Positions 37,101-52,810 are shown, counted from the first letter of the stretch. The stretch is DNA of 64,000 nucleotides from Octopus vulgaris (GCA_951406725.2 OX597825.1:83266001-83330000); one strand, 5' to 3'. Notes: generated from the sequence alone by a model not told the origin. Translations and numbers: made by a program.

Positions 37101-38399
37101 TTAGGTTCATTTGCTCATCTCGCTCCACAAAAAGTTTTTTTTTTATTTCTCATTGGCTTCGAATATTCCGTTCTGTCTTGGATTACGATTATTATTACTA
37201 CTATTTCTGTTAGGTTTACTACTACTAGTATTATTATTGTTCTTGTTGCTATTATTGCTATTATTATTGATAATAATAATAATAATAATAATGATTTCAT
37301 TTATTTACCACAAGGGCGAAGGATGAGGAGAACAAAACAAAGACAGGCATAAAGTGTGGGGACTTACATATAATGAATAAATAATAAAAATAAGAAGAAG
37401 GAGGTGGAGGAGGAGGAGGAAAAGAAGAAGAAGAAGAAGGAGGGGGGAGGAAACATAACGATTTGAGGTTGCTTATCGGGGTATTGTAAATTATTTCACC
37501 GTTATTGTAAGAATTCCATCATTTTCAAGAGAAACCGAATTTAATTAAACTTATAAACATCATTTTTCAGCAGCCTTTTTCATTCCACTGTCTCTCTCTC
37601 TCTATTTCTCTCTCTCCTCTCTGTCTGTCCTTCTCTCTTTTTCTCTCCTGCTGTCTCTATGTCTCTCTATTTAGTAATTATTTAACACTAGCTGAAAGTG
37701 TGCAATATCTCCTAGAATGACGTAGTTAATTTACTTATTTCAGATACCAAAAAAGAAATCTTAATCATTTGAGTCTAACTGGAATTATCTCAGAGACGAG
37801 ACGATTCTTTATTCCGACTGAGCCATATCTCAATGTACCTTGTAATTTTTTTACTATTTATTTCCTAATTCTTCATATGTTATGCTGTTGACAGATACAC
37901 CTGTGAGTTTGTGTAAGACCGTGTAAATACAGTGTATCTAATAGTTGTAGATTGGCGTTACTTACGCAGCGAGAAACATAATCAACAGGCGAAACATAAC
38001 GTACAGGCTGTCACGTTCGACTAATATCTACATATGAATATAATTTATTTCTGATATTATAAATCTTATATCTTATATGTTTTATTCGTTTCGGTCACTT
38101 GACTTTAGTTATGCTTGGGCATCGCCTTCAAGAAGTTCTTGTCAAATGAATTACACGCAGCTTTTATTTTATTTACGACTGGTATTTATTATACCGCTAA
38201 GTAAATACACCAACGCCCGTTGTCAAATAAACACGCCAACAGGACGTAAACACACCAACACTCGTTGTCAAGTTGGAATTGGGGACTACACAGACAATAA
38301 CACAAACACACACATATATGTGTGTGTGTTTATAAATATATATACATAACTGAAAGAAACCTGTCATACACACACGCATACGCACACACACACACACAT

Positions 38400-38450
<51 letters not shown>

Positions 38451-39280
38451 CATATATACATATATACATATATATATATATACATATATAAATATAAAAA
38501 TATCTGCACGAAGCTCTTCGGGGGAAGTCTTCAGAAATCTAATGAAGAATTATAGTAAAACTGGATGTAAGTACATGCAGACTATGAACTATTAAGCAAT
38601 GCACGAGAGTACAGTATTATAACCGACGTGATCCCCAACACTCACATAAATCAAGTTTCATTTGCCATTGATTGCCAGACTATTCTATAATGTCTGCGAT
38701 AGTAGAGCGCAAAATAACGTCTCTAATTAATTTCTGCGCCGAGCAGTAGACGTCCTCAAGAAGAATGAACACACTTACATCTTACGACTATCGAAGTATC
38801 GATCAACGCGACTTAACTATATAATCATATGTATATCAAATCCATGCATAGATGCATGTACAAACATACATGCAGACACACACACGCGCGGACATATATA
38901 CTTACACATATGGACACATAAATAGAAATATCTGTATAAATGTATATGTACATGTGTATATGTATCTGTTTATTTATCTATATTTGTGTGTGAGAGTGTA
39001 TATGTATGCATGTATGTGTATATATACATTTATACATACATATGCTTTCATACATTCTTACATGTATACATGTATACACCCATGCATACAAATATGCATA
39101 CACACATTTGATATATACATATATACATATGAATACATGCATAGATGATGGCTGAAAATGAGAAAGAGTAAGAAGTACAAATTACATACTGATGTGTATA
39201 ATTATATTCATTCGGCTGCTGTTATTTTTACGACACGTGACCTCGTGTCGCCGGAGAAACCAGGTATCTGAGTGACGTAA

Positions 39281-39478
39281 GGCGCTGAGCTGGCAGAAAG
39301 GTTAGCACGCCGAGCGAAATGCTTTGTGGCATTTCGTCTGCCGTTACGTTCAAATTCCGCCGAGGTCGACTTTGCCTTTCATCCTTAACGCACTGGGGTC
39401 GATATAATCGACTTAATCCGTTTGTCTGTTCTTGTTTGTCCCCTCTGTGTTTAGCCCCTTGTGGGTAGTAAAGAAATA
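39281..39478 (+). mobile_element. SINE family A with internal deletions
   Basis: 17-bp target-site duplication AGGTATCTGAGTGACGT at 39262-39278 and 39478-39494. Confidence 0.92.
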
Positions 39479-39596
39479 GGTATCTGAGTGACGTTACGGA
39501 GAATAAGAGGAGACGGTTTCAGTAATAGAAATTCCTTTCTATTAATACATGTTATCCAAAAACGTCTACAATGGTCACGTCAACAAACATAGCATA

Positions 39597-40495
39597 TATG
39601 AGGTAGTATTCAAAAATTCCCGGAGTACATCTGTCAGCACACATTGCGTGTGCAATGAAAGCTAGTAGTGACTTTCATGAAGCCGTGTGCCGAGTGAAAT
39701 CGCTCTGTTTTCTTTGAATATTTGTGAAATTTGGGTTTTGTGATCACACGAATGCTGGTGTCTGCGATTTTTGTCATAGAGAGGAATTTGGAACAAAAAG
39801 CCAACGTGAAATTTTGAATTAAAGTTGGGAAGTCTGCTACACAGACATTGAGCAAACTTCAGCAAGCTTACGGCGATAAGACAATGGGTCGTACGCAATG
39901 TTTCGTGTGGCTAGGGCGCTTTAAGAGCGGAAGAACCACTCTGCAAGACGATGAGTGATATGAAAGACATACCCAGAGCGTCACACCCGGATACATGAAA
40001 ATAATTCATCAGCTTGTGATTGAGGATAGACAGAAGATAACCAACAACATGGCCGATGTTGTTGATTTGTCGAATGGGCGCGCGCAGGCAATCTTAACGC
40101 CAACAAAGAATTGGATTCTTCACGATGACAATGCAACGTCTGCCAATCTCCTCTCACTTATGAGTTTCTCGCCAAAAACCTTGGCATTATTTCCGCATCC
40201 GCCCTGTTCAACAGATTTAGAACCTGGGGTTTTCCATCTCTTCCACGAGATAAACTGCAGCTCAAAGGTCGCCGTTTTACCACCGTTGTCGAGATCATGA
40301 GAGAATCGCAGAAGGTATTCGAATCGCTTACGGAAAACGACTTCCAGGCCGGATTCCAAAAATGGCAGGAAAGCTGGGGCCAGTGTATTGCAGCACAAGG
40401 TGACTATTTCCAAAGAGAAGATGTTAAAACTTAGGTAAATAAATTAGTTTTTATTAAACATAACGAGTGCAGGAACGTCTTGATACCAGCTCGTA
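39597..40495 (+). mobile_element. Internally deleted mariner transposon with both terminal repeats
   Basis: TA-flanked imperfect terminal repeats; EQKANVKF*IKVGKSATQTLSKLQQAYGD..WLGRFKSGR, WILHDDNA, PHPPCSTDLEP, WQESWGQCIAAQGDYF. Confidence 0.92.
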
Positions 40496-40899
40496 AATTC
40501 CCCAAACTCTGTTTTTCTATAATCACTTTGCGCAACTGACCTCGGTAACCACTTATTAGTATTTAAGTTACAAAAACATATAAAAATAATTTACTTTCTT
40601 CTGAAGGATGTGAGTGAAATAATAACAGAATTATTTCAAGTATGATAACGAAAATTAATATTCTCAAGTCAAATTCTTCAACACCGCTACATCACATAGG
40701 AAAAATGTCATCGCTTAAATGGCAGCCGTGTTCGGCTTCGCACACCCATACTCTTTCCAAAACTTGCACCGTAACACCCTCAAGAGTTTCAGACTCCACT
40801 TCTCTGATTTATTGATGTTCGTCAGTTGCACCAGGGTCTCCGGTTTGGTGACGTGAACCCTCTCGTTCAGTTAGCCATGATTAAGTCCTTTTTCTGCTC

Positions 40900-41401
40900 G
40901 GATATTCAAAGTAAACCGCACACGTGTTTCCAGCAAGATGGGGTAACTTCTCTGCAGTTGCTATGGCAGTACTTTCGAGAGAGAATAATCTCCCGCTACG
41001 GAAATATCAACTGGCATTAACCTTAACCTTACCCAGATTTTACTAGCCCGGATCTTTTCTTTTGGGGATACTTGAAAGAGGGGGTTTACAACAACAAACC
41101 AGAGACCCTGGTGCAACTGAAGGAGAACACCAATAGAGAAATCAGAGAAGTGGGGTCTGAAAATCTTGAGGTTTTTATGGTACAAGTTTTGGAAACAGCA
41201 CGGGCCTGCGAAGCCGAAAATGATTGCCATTTAAGCGATGTCATTTTTCATATGAGATGTAGTGGTGTTGCAAAATTTGACTTGTGCATATTAATTTCTA
41301 TCATATTCTTTATATTGTATCAAACTTCCATGCACTTATTTGTAAAGTTAAGGAAGCTATTAAAAATTGAAAGCCATCAGTTACTTTTGGGACACAGTGT
41401 A
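40900..41401 (+). mobile_element. Tc1/mariner-superfamily (rosa/DD41D-like) transposase 3' relic with right terminal repeat
   Basis: FQQDG..RIISRYGNINW..PD..PDLFFWGYLKEGVYNNKPETLVQLK; ends CTTTTGGGACACAGTG|TA. Confidence 0.85.
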
Positions 41402-41446
41402 AATATGAGATTGTGTGTGTATGTACATATACATAGATACACTCCC

Positions 41447-41488
<42 letters not shown>

Positions 41489-41548
41489 GCTACATATATA
41501 TATATATGAGATATATATACACACACATATACATGCATATTTGTATTT

Positions 41549-41587
<39 letters not shown>

Positions 41588-42886
41588 GTATGTATGTATA
41601 GATTACATAGATGTAATCACATATATCCATATAGATGTATTAGTAATTTATTTGTGCCTAATGGGGCCGAGTATTATTAAGTTTGCGGAATATAGATGAA
41701 ATCAATTGTAATTATAAGCTGTGTGCCAAAGAAACAAATAACAACAAACAAAACTTCCAGGTTTGTGCGTAGTTAACGAATAAATATTGCCTACAACAAA
41801 CTATCATACAGTTCAAAGTCATTCGCTCTTTTACAGTTAACATTGTGAAATTCATCGAATCTCCAGGGAATACATTTACTAAGATAATTAGCGTAAAATC
41901 AATTTTTCGATAAAGAAATGCCGAAACGAAGTGGAAAGGAATTTTTGTGGAGTTTCAGCTTATAATTGAAATTACAAAAGAAAAAAGAGAGAAAGGAAAG
42001 AAAAATATTTGCTTTGTATTTCATTTTTTTTTTTTTTTTCAATTTTCACGTTTTTGTTTTATAAAAATTTCCTAATGTTACTCTAATATTATTTTATCTA
42101 ACTCTTCATTTTGTTCTGTTTGAAAATTTTTAAAGAAATTTTGTTTTTATGTTCGAAAGTGGTTTTTGTTGTCTGAATTGGAATATTATTTTCCTGTGCC
42201 GTATTTTATAAACATTCGCTTACCTTCGCTTTTAGGAGCAATACAGGTACATGTGTGTGTTTGTGTCTGTGTGTGCTTTTGTACTGTGAGTATGTGAGTG
42301 GATGTGTGTGTGTGTGTGTGTTGTGTGTTTGCGTGTTAGTAAGTGTGTTTATGCTCGCAAAAATATACCTATATTAAAACACGCTTGGAAATATACATGT
42401 ATACATGCATAAACACACACAGACATAGACACAAACTCTCACGTAAATACATATGTACATACTATATATACATATTTACATACTATATATATATATACAT
42501 CATATATATATATATTCAAATAGCAAAAACAATGTGTAGAGTTCAGTCAGGAAAAAGTGGAGGAAAATCAATTGAAAAATATTTTTTAAAGATCTGCCAT
42601 ATCGAAATTCAAATCTAAAAAATGCCTTCATTTTTGATTAAATCTTCACAAGAATTCTGCATTTCATATTTACTTCAGGCATATCCGCCTACTATCGTAG
42701 GTACACATACACACACACATTATATATATATATATATACATAGGCAGAAGCAACCGAGTGACCAAATGCGTCAAGAGCCACGTGCATTGCAACTTTCAGA
42801 CTTTGCGAAGTGTGAAACACGAAACTGTATATTAATACAAATATACGTAGGCGCAGGAGTGGCTGTGTAGTAAGTGGCTTAACCAT

Positions 42887-44140
42887 GAGTCTCTGTTGTC
42901 AGTGTACGCATGTGTCATTGTGTTGCGCGTTGAAGAAGATAGTCTGCCAAAAGAAGCTGCTGCAAGGTAAGACTTTTGTCTCTTGGAACCACTGAGGGCC
43001 GTTGTCTGTGCTTATATGTTTTACAAACAGGGAATCCTCACTGGATTCAGGATGTTGGTCTGCTTGCGGTTCAGCAATATTGTTCATAGCAAATGAAAAT
43101 TTATTTCTCATTGTGAGAAGTACAGTCTGGTGGGAGTATCCTTCAACCAAAAATTGTTCACTTTTTAACAGTGTATGTTTTTACAACATTTACCATTATT
43201 GGAAAACTGTATTTCAAATGTTCACATGAAGTTTGGTGACATATTCTGCCACCAAAAGTCGTTCGCTGTTTGTAAATAGTGCGTATTTTACAACTACGTT
43301 GGAAAGCTGTATTTCAAGCGAGCAGTCCAGGTTCTAATTGGAGTACAATATGGGTTTGGAGTACCTGAATGCCCAGAATATTTTTTGGTGTGTATTTTTA
43401 GAACTGTTGTTTTCTTCTTCTATTGTAACTTTTTATTGAACTGTTTGCTTATTTTTCTTCTTCCCTTTTGTTTTTTTTTAATTATCTCTTTCCTTTTTTG
43501 TGCTATTGTTTTAGACTTTTTAATTTTTAATTTAAAACATGGCAAAAAAAATACGGATAAGATTGTAGAGTGGGAGATTGTCCCACCTAAGGAGTGAAAA
43601 TTCTTCCTGCGGTTGGGTCAAAAGCTGTTTTGACCCTGTGGACCCAATCAGCCGTGAATATGGTAATGCCAGATTTTTTGAAAATGGCCGGGTGTAGGTA
43701 CCCGGTGATTCCTGAGGGTCACCCTCTCCCCAGGTGTCATCGGTGCCTGGAGCCTGGCCATCTAAAGAAAAACTGTCCTCAGGAACAGAGCAAAGTAATG
43801 GAGCAGTCAATTGGGAGCTATGTAGAAGAGAGAACGAAGGCGGCTGAGGAGACGCAGGACTCCTCAGAGAAGGGTTCGCAAGAGGAAGAAAGAGAGCAAC
43901 AATGGGTGCTCACCGAAGGATCCTGGGGATGAGGGAGGGGAGGTGAATCTCCCGGTCACGGAGGAGACGCACCCTCCCTCAGTTGAGAAGAAAAAAGAGG
44001 AAGAGAAGCGGGACATTGCCGAGGGGTTGTGCGAACGGCAGCGGAAGAGACACAGTTGGTAGGGATCGTGCCGCCAACGGTAGAACTGACTACCTCAAAC
44101 CCAGAGGAAGAGGAACTATTGGTCTTTTTCTAATGGCCGC
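42887..44140 (+). mobile_element. Tx1/L1-like LINE 5' region with decayed ORF1 (zinc knuckle)
   Basis: YPVIPEGHPLPRCHRCLEPGHLKKNCP (CX2CX4HX4C) followed by an acidic low-complexity linker, with stops and frameshifts; T-rich leader upstream. Confidence 0.7.
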
Positions 44141-44144
44141 TGCA

Positions 44145-44440
44145 GATACTGGCAGCACAAGACCAAGCCTTGGCCACGAACTAGAGAGTCAAACTTAAGA
44201 ATGAGCAATTGTCTCCGCTGTGCTGCATCTGCAATAGAGGTGGATGAAACCATTGCCCATATCACGAACGAATGCCCTAGACTTGCCTAAAAACTATACA
44301 AGTTGTGGTTACACGACCAGGTAGCGAAAGTGCTACATTGGAAACTGTGTGAAAAGTGGCGGCTAGAGAGAGGCAAGACGTAGTTTGAGCACAAAACACA
44401 GAGAGTGAAAGAGTCGGACAGCTAGCAAAATCCTCCGAGA
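44145..44440 (+). mobile_element. R4/Dong-like CCHC-finger region, decayed
   Basis: ILAAQDQALATN..SPLCCIC..DETIAHITNECPRLA..HDQVAKVLHWKLCEKW. Confidence 0.85.
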
Positions 44441-44602
44441 CCTAGTGCTGGTGGACAAGTTGCAATACAAAACGTTGACGGTGCATGCCCTTTGATGCAT
44501 GAATAGTCAAGTATGAAGTCAAGAAAATGGATAGATAGATAGATTGATTGATAGCGCAAGGCAGTTCGCCCGGCGTGTTAAAGATTCTGCCAGCTCGCTG
44601 CC

Positions 44603-44666
<64 letters not shown>

Positions 44667-44670
<4 letters not shown>

Positions 44671-45130
44671 GTTTGCTTATTGATCGACATGAGCATCCCC
44701 TGTGATCATAATATCTCAGCGAAAGAGTTTGACAAGCTCAGAAAATATAAAGATCTACTCATTGAAATTGAGAAAATGTGGCATCTCAAGGCGGTTACAA
44801 TACCAGTGATCGTAGGAGCACTAGGAATGATCAAGAAGGGAACCGAAAATTATATGAGAATGATCCCTGGCTTACCATCCCTGCAAGAAGTGCAAAAGAT
44901 TGTCTTAACTGGTACATCACACGTATTGAGAAGAGCATTGTCGATGTGAGAACTGTTGCTGCTCATGTATTTTAATTTAACTTTAAAAAAAAAAAAAAAA
45001 AAGAACGAACTACTGAGTTTGGTTTAATGGCCTACCAATATACACTATGAGTTTCTTTGCCCTAGGAGTCGGGAAGACACTCGGCAAGAAATGGAAGAAA
45101 GTTGAAAGAAGAAAAAAAAAGTAATAAAAA
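44667..45130 (+). mobile_element. 5'-truncated R4/Dong-like element (intact RLE C-terminus + 3' UTR) inserted in (TAA)n
   Basis: Uninterrupted KVCLLIDMSIPCDHNISAKEFDKLRKYKDLLIEIEKMWHLKAVTIPVIVGALG..LQEVQKIVLTGTSHVLRRALSM*; (TAA)n on both sides. Confidence 0.92.
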
Positions 45131-45157
45131 AAAAAAAATAATAATAATAATAATGAA

Positions 45158-45209
<52 letters not shown>

Positions 45210-46408
45210 TGGTTAATATGATTGCTATATTTCTCAGAATCGGCAAAACTTCCGACAAGTTGTTTTATTACATTTACTGTGGCTCATGCCGAAATTTGAA
45301 TCGCGGCTATGCTCCGGCATGGCCGCATGCCAAAGTACCTGAACCTATTAAAAGCAGAATAAATGACTACAACCCCAGCGTTATCCCGTACAAAACACCG
45401 TCTTTAGAAGTTTCTCAAACACCAAAGAGATACCAAGATCACTTCTATTTTGTTTTATAGGCTTAATAAGCCGAATCAATATTTCTTGCCAACGTCTTTC
45501 CATCTGATGCTTTTAAACGATTTCGTATTTGTTTGTTTATTTATTATTCATAGAGCAAACATCGTTTTATATTATTTTTGTTTAGAAAGTGCAATACAGC
45601 GAAAATATGTTTCTCTAATGGAATATCTTTCACAGTGACAAAACATTCTTCATTTTCTCCCACCTCTTCTTTCTTTCTTTATATATTTATTCTTCTCTCT
45701 CTCTCCCTCTCTCTCTTTCTCACTTTATCTCCTCATCAATTTAATAGAACCGAACGCGTTATTTTTCTCAGAACCAAATACTAGAATTTAAATAATTGCT
45801 AAATATCACATTATATATATATATATATGTTTAAATAATATATCGTCATTTTTTGGACAATAGATTAATTTATTGCTGATCTTGAAGAGGAAAAACTTCT
45901 CATTCAATACTTCTGAGGCGTGTGGAATTCCAAGGGGTCACCTCTCACTTAGTGCAACTTGCTTGAAAACCATATGATTATAGTCCCTGTTAGTCCCTTG
46001 AAATCAAGTGGTTAATAAATATACATCTCACGGGTGTATATACTGTTTCCATAGAATTAAAATCTTCTCGGGAAATAATTGCGTTGAATGGTTCTTCTAC
46101 ATTTTCAGTTATATGGACATTCTACAATTGATTATTGTAAGGGCTGATGGCCGAGTTCTTTAGGGAGACCTTTCTGCGAAAGCCGCGTGATTCTCTGCAC
46201 ACACATCGTATACTAATCCCTGGTATATATATATATATATATCCGATCTGGATTTCTGGTCCCGTTGATATTTGAGATATCAATATATGTCTTTGTATTT
46301 ATGTACTTATGTATCTATGTGATTGTATATATTTTTGCATGTACACACACGCACACACACATATATCTATCCATATATATATATATATATATATATATCC
46401 ATATATAT

Positions 46409-46469
<61 letters not shown>

Positions 46470-46594
46470 ATATTTATATATGATATTTTTCCTGCTTTTT
46501 TCATAAAGCATATTACTCTACCTCCAGTATTCGAGTACTATCTTTTCCACCGTGTTTCTCATGTATGTGCTTACTCCGGTATATATATATAGAG

Positions 46595-46900
46595 AGAGAG
46601 AGCGTAAGCGCGAAAGATATGTCATAATATATATCTGGAAGATACTGGAAGAACTTATCCCAAACTTTGGCATTGAGAGTTACTCTAACAATGACACAGG
46701 ACACCACTGCATAGTGCCAAAGATTCCAACTTTACCATCAAAATATAGGACAACGTATTTTTACAGCCTGGGCATTAAAAGGACCACAGCTTTTTAATAT
46801 CCCCTCGAAGGACCTGAGAGACCTGCATGCGGTGGATGTAGGTGTCCTCAAAACGAAACTATATATATGTAGTACTTCAGTATCACCGCAGCTGAAACGA
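46595..46900 (+). mobile_element. CR1-like LINE 3' fragment
   Basis: ERKRERYVIIYIWKILEELIPNFG..SLGIK/GPQLFNIPSKDLRDLHAVDVGVLKTKL. Confidence 0.82.
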
Positions 46901-47637
46901 ATAGAAGAATACAAGAATATATATTTATATATGCATGTAAATATATATACATATATATATATATATGCATGTATATTTAGAGATATGTATATGTGTGTGT
47001 GTGTGTGTGTGAGTGTGTGTGTGAGTGTGTGTCCGTCTGTGTGTCTGTATCACACACTATTATTTCTATACATCTGCGGTAAAGAAATCCGAACATCACA
47101 ATTCAAGGAAAATGAAATGGCGATATTATTCTCTTTCATGCGAAAATGGAATAAGTTTTCGACAAGATAGTTCTTATTTCCAAGTGCCGTTTCAAGAGGT
47201 ACAGATCAATACTAATCGAAAACATTAAATTCACTTCACTAGCATTTAGTAAATGTTGTAATTGCGCAATTTATACTAATCGAATTCTGCTGAAATTATA
47301 TAAACGTTCGTTTTGATTAGAAACTCTGATTATATTTAAAGATTTACTGAAACTGTATCAATCACAAATAACAAAGTAAATTACGTGAAGCATAATGTAT
47401 CAGAACAGCTGAAGAATGCTGTCTTTTACTTTCCGAAATAATATACTAGTTTTTAATTAATTCAACGTCAGTGCTGCTACACGCTGTTCTTCAATAGTCA
47501 ATAAATGGTTATTTAGACTTTCCTTTCCAACTTTGCTTTCCATGATATAAGTAGAAAGTCAAATAAAGTTGAGAAAGTCGTTTCAATGAAATAAGCAATA
47601 CTTTGAGTTTGGTTTCCAACAGAAACTGGAATACTTT

Positions 47638-47676
<39 letters not shown>

Positions 47677-48042
47677 TATATATGGGTCATAACTGACCAT
47701 TCAGTATACTACTGTCATGGCACACCCACATTCTTCTTCTTCTTCTTCTCCTTCTCCTCCTCCTCCTCCTCCTCCTTCCCCCTTTTCTTCTTCCACTTCT
47801 TCTTCCCTACCAAGAATTCACAACGACCTCGAACCCACGAGAGTAAACAAGAGAGACAGAGACAGGTAGAAAAAAGGAAAATGCCACTTGTATTTTAACA
47901 CTATACAAATATTCTTTTAAAAAAGCTTTTCTTTTAATTTTTCTAAATTTAATTATCTAATTGTTACAGTTGAAAAAGTCTCAATAACAGAAACCGGTAC
48001 TTTTTATAACATTATTTTAGCATTTTCTATCTTGACTTTTTT

Positions 48043-48081
<39 letters not shown>

Positions 48082-48634
48082 CACAGCTCATTAGCTGAAA
48101 CTGGAAAAATCAAAATCAATCATATATATATATCTGTTTGGTGCGGCATTATAAATCAGTCTGGTCCCTCACTGGACTTTTCTGGTAATGTGTGTGTGTA
48201 TAGGTGTATATGTGCGTGTCTGTGTATTCCGTCATCGGAAAGATCTAGGTTAGACAGAGGAAGAATGTTTCTAATCAATGATATTTTATTTGTTGTGGTT
48301 CGTTATATCGTCTAATTACATCCAACTGGATCGGGGTCTTCTTTAAATAAATCTCTGATCAGAGAGAATGGTTAGGGGGCACAACAAAGGCTGAAGGTGG
48401 AAAGGATTGTAATGAAGTACTCCATATTGAGGGGAAATGAATGCTAGCAAATACAAAGTTGTGCAGAGACTGGCAGGAGGAATAAAGATACTGTTCGGTA
48501 TCCAGTTGTTTTTGAACAAGGCAATCAAATAGTCAGAACAACAACCGCTGTTTTAACAGGAATTTTGGTGGCACAATTATTTGAGCCTTAAGATCCTCAT
48601 ACCCCCTCTCTCACTCTTTTACACACACACACAC

Positions 48635-48727
<93 letters not shown>

Positions 48728-48998
48728 GGACTAGATTGTAAATGTTTTTCATTTCCAAATTTATTCCTGTCGAATTTTATCCGTTATTTTTGTGGTTATA
48801 GAACCTAGCTGTTCTTTCTAGTGTGTAGAATCCCTATAATTGGATTCCCTATGTGTTTAAATATACACTATATCGTATGACTAATATATAGTCTTCTTGA
48901 CTAATTTTTTTTGCACGTTAGGCCACTGGAAATGTAAATTTTGATTGAATGTTTTAATTTTAATTAAATTCCATTTCCCTTTGACATGATTATATATA

Positions 48999-49054
<56 letters not shown>

Positions 49055-49224
49055 GTATATAGATTTATGTATATGTATATAGGTTTATAAGTAAGTATAT
49101 GCGCTTGATAGAGTTCTTCTAAGTAATCAAGATCAAATTATTTAGTTACCCGCAGAGAACAACTGCTTTTTATGTTATTGATCTGAGTGTGTTCATAATC
49201 AAACCAAGTGGGAACGTGTAAGTA

Positions 49225-49306
<82 letters not shown>

Positions 49307-49947
49307 GAATGATATGTGTTCAATTGTCAGTGTCACCATACACTTTTGGGTTGAGATATAACACGACCGTCGTTGCTTTTGATATGGGAATCGATTAACA
49401 GGAAATTAAACATTTTAACGTGAATTTCTCGTGCAATCGTCATGCAATCGATCCGTGTTATTCGAAATATCTATTGTCATGTTAGGAAACCTATCAATAC
49501 GTTTCAGTACATAGGTTTCTTGGTAGAATTATGGCTTGTCACCGAATACTTTCCGACGCAGTCTTTTAGAAGTTTGTTCATTTTTTTTTACATTTTATAT
49601 AATGCCTTGTGTTATTTGTCATGCATTCCTTTAGCATAAAACCAAATGTATGTATATACGATTTTAAATGTTATGTGTCGCATACATGCCGTTCAAGCCG
49701 ACAAGGCGGCCGTTTGGTGAGATTTTTTTTTTTGTGGAATGCATTTGCATACATTACGATGTATGTACTGAACGTGTGTGAGGGAGAGGGAGAGAAAGAG
49801 AGAGACAAAGTGTGTATCTGCGTGTCTGTATATAACGTAGGTAAAGCGAAAATTTAAACTCCTTGCCATTCATTATACTTTCGACCATTGAAAGAATCGT
49901 AGAATGCCGCCCTCGGCAGGATTTGATCCTGTCTATGGTGAGTCGAT

Positions 49948-50528
<581 letters not shown>

Positions 50529-51228
50529 GTGTATGTGAGTACGCATGCATGTATATGACGAGGTCAGTTCATTTCGAACAACTCGAACTGGTATGAAATA
50601 TATACTATTACATGGTCGATAATATTTTAAAGTGGACTTTACTACAGTTAATGCAATGAAATGTTAATTGAAGAATGAAGCACTTTTCTGCCAGGAAGCA
50701 AATTTTCCTAGCGATTAAATGTTATCAATTGAAGCATAGGAAACTCGTCTTGAAGTGAAATTAGTTAAGATTATCAGTACTCCATGTGCATTACGCTTTT
50801 TTTTTATCATTGTTCTGTCCTCTTTGGATTGCACTCTGCCGAAATTTCCCACTTTACGCACCCATACAAATTTGAACTTACTTATATACGACGAAAGGGA
50901 AGAAGTGCTTTAAATTACAATATTTTAAATAACAATAGAAATAATATGAATTAATGAGTAAACTGTGTAAACAATACTTTATTGAGTTAATCTAGGACAT
51001 TAATGGTAATTGTAATTAAATCTACATGATGTAGATTAGAGTGGTTTCATGGTGAAAGATATAGAATATTTAGAGAGAGAGATAGAGAAAGAATGTGAGA
51101 GAGAAAGAGAGACAGCTGAAGAGACTGAGGTAGCGTTTGGTAGACATTAAACTGTCAAAGAATTTTACCAAAATCTTTCTTTCCGGATATTTACTAAATG
51201 ATACAAGCTAAGTGAATTTATACACACA

Positions 51229-51265
<37 letters not shown>

Positions 51266-52251
51266 ACACACACACACATATATATATATATGTATGTATG
51301 TATTATTGTTTTAAATATATCAATAACGAGAGGTATCATTAAAAAGAATAACGATTAAATCACCCACTTCGCTTAATATACAATGGGCTTTACAGCTTAA
51401 ATGGAAACCTTCATAGAATCATTTCGATTTTCAGAAATTGTCGGCCATTATTGGAGGATAAATGTATTGTTACTCCGTCATTGAACTGCAGAAATACCGT
51501 TGCTCGAATGTCGATAATTTTAAAACGATTATCTTAACTCCATTCACCAGTTTAACAAAAAAAGACTTATCTTAAATCACTACCTACACCTGCGAAAAAT
51601 AGTAGGGTCCCTTTATTTAGAAAATATAGTCCCAACTTAATATGTCTATGATAGAGAGTGTTATAACGGCGGGATCACTTTGAGCATAGATCTGATTGAT
51701 ATACGATAAGCGGCACAAACTATAAAATCGATTTTAAAACTATGTTACAATCAATTGGATTTGAAAGAATATGATTGATAATGGGAATGTTTCTTTGTTT
51801 CGGTTAATATTTTATCAGGTTTTTATCAAAATCTCCATTGTTAATTATTATAAAACTTCACCCTGCGTAGGAGATAAAATATTGGTAATCGCTAGTTGTA
51901 TGGGGTTTCAGAGATAAGAGATGTGAATACGAAAACAACTTAAATATGCTAAGAGATTTTCACTTTCTAACGCAACTATCGAATGTTGTGGTAATATTCA
52001 CTTAAAAACATCGAAGCAGTTTAATTGGACGTCGGCTAAAAGGGTTTTCATTAGATTAATAAACAGGTTTTATTTTTATATAAGCGAGGTGGAAAACATG
52101 CAACCTTTGAAGGGATGAAGTGCCGTCCTCTGAGAGAAGTACAAACATCCTTAAACAAATATATTTTTGTTGATTTACTTTTATTGAAATTTGATTTTAA
52201 ATCAAATGCGAATTTGTTCTTTTAATATCTCTTAATATTTTTTTTTACCTA

Positions 52252-52465
52252 AAGCGGGAGCTGACAGAATCGGAGTTACGGCGAGCATAATGCTTAGTGA
52301 CGTTTCGTTCGTCTCCATGTTCTGAGTTCAAATTCAACCGAAGTCGACTTTGCCTGTCCCCAAATTTGGGATCGGTAAAATAAGTACAAGTTAAGGACTG
52401 CGATGACGTAATCGACTGATTCTTCTTCCCCGAAATCGCTGGTTTTGTTCCAAAATTTTACACCA
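52252..52465 (+). mobile_element. SINE family A-related, decayed
   Basis: gttctgagttcaaattcaaccgaagtcgactttgcc. Confidence 0.75.
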
Positions 52466-52589
52466 GTATGTCTATACCGAGTCTTTTACAGATTTATGTA
52501 AATTGAATTGTAATTGGTTCAGAAACTAATTGAAATAATAATTTTTCTTTTAGTTTTTAATGGTGTATAATAATGCATAACAGCAGAAT

Positions 52590-52770
52590 GAGTCCTTTCA
52601 CACCAACCGCACTCATGCATCCCCAAAGTCCAACCCTCCCCCCCGCTGTGTTTCACGGTAACCATGGTGCATTTGTCGCTACTGTCTTTATCTCGTTGTC
52701 GCCATACTTCTTTAATACCATATGACCCAAACAAGTTGATTTTAGTTACGTGAGGAAAAAGCACTTTATT
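52590..52770 (-). mobile_element. Tc1-like transposase fragment
   Basis: VLFPHVTKINLFGSYGIKEVWRQ..KCTMVTVKHSGG resembles the Tc1 motif VLWSDETK..FGSDG..VWR..PTVKHGGG. Confidence 0.85.
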
Positions 52771-52775
52771 CGGAA

Positions 52776-52810
<35 letters not shown>

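Noticed and set aside
42903-42966. Exon-like segment with AG acceptor and GTAAGA donor
   Set aside because: It lies within the presumed 5' leader of the Tx1-like element and has no linked host exons.
47966-48003. TTGAAAA..GAAACCGGTA hammerhead-like relic
   Set aside because: Core and stems are too degenerate to support.
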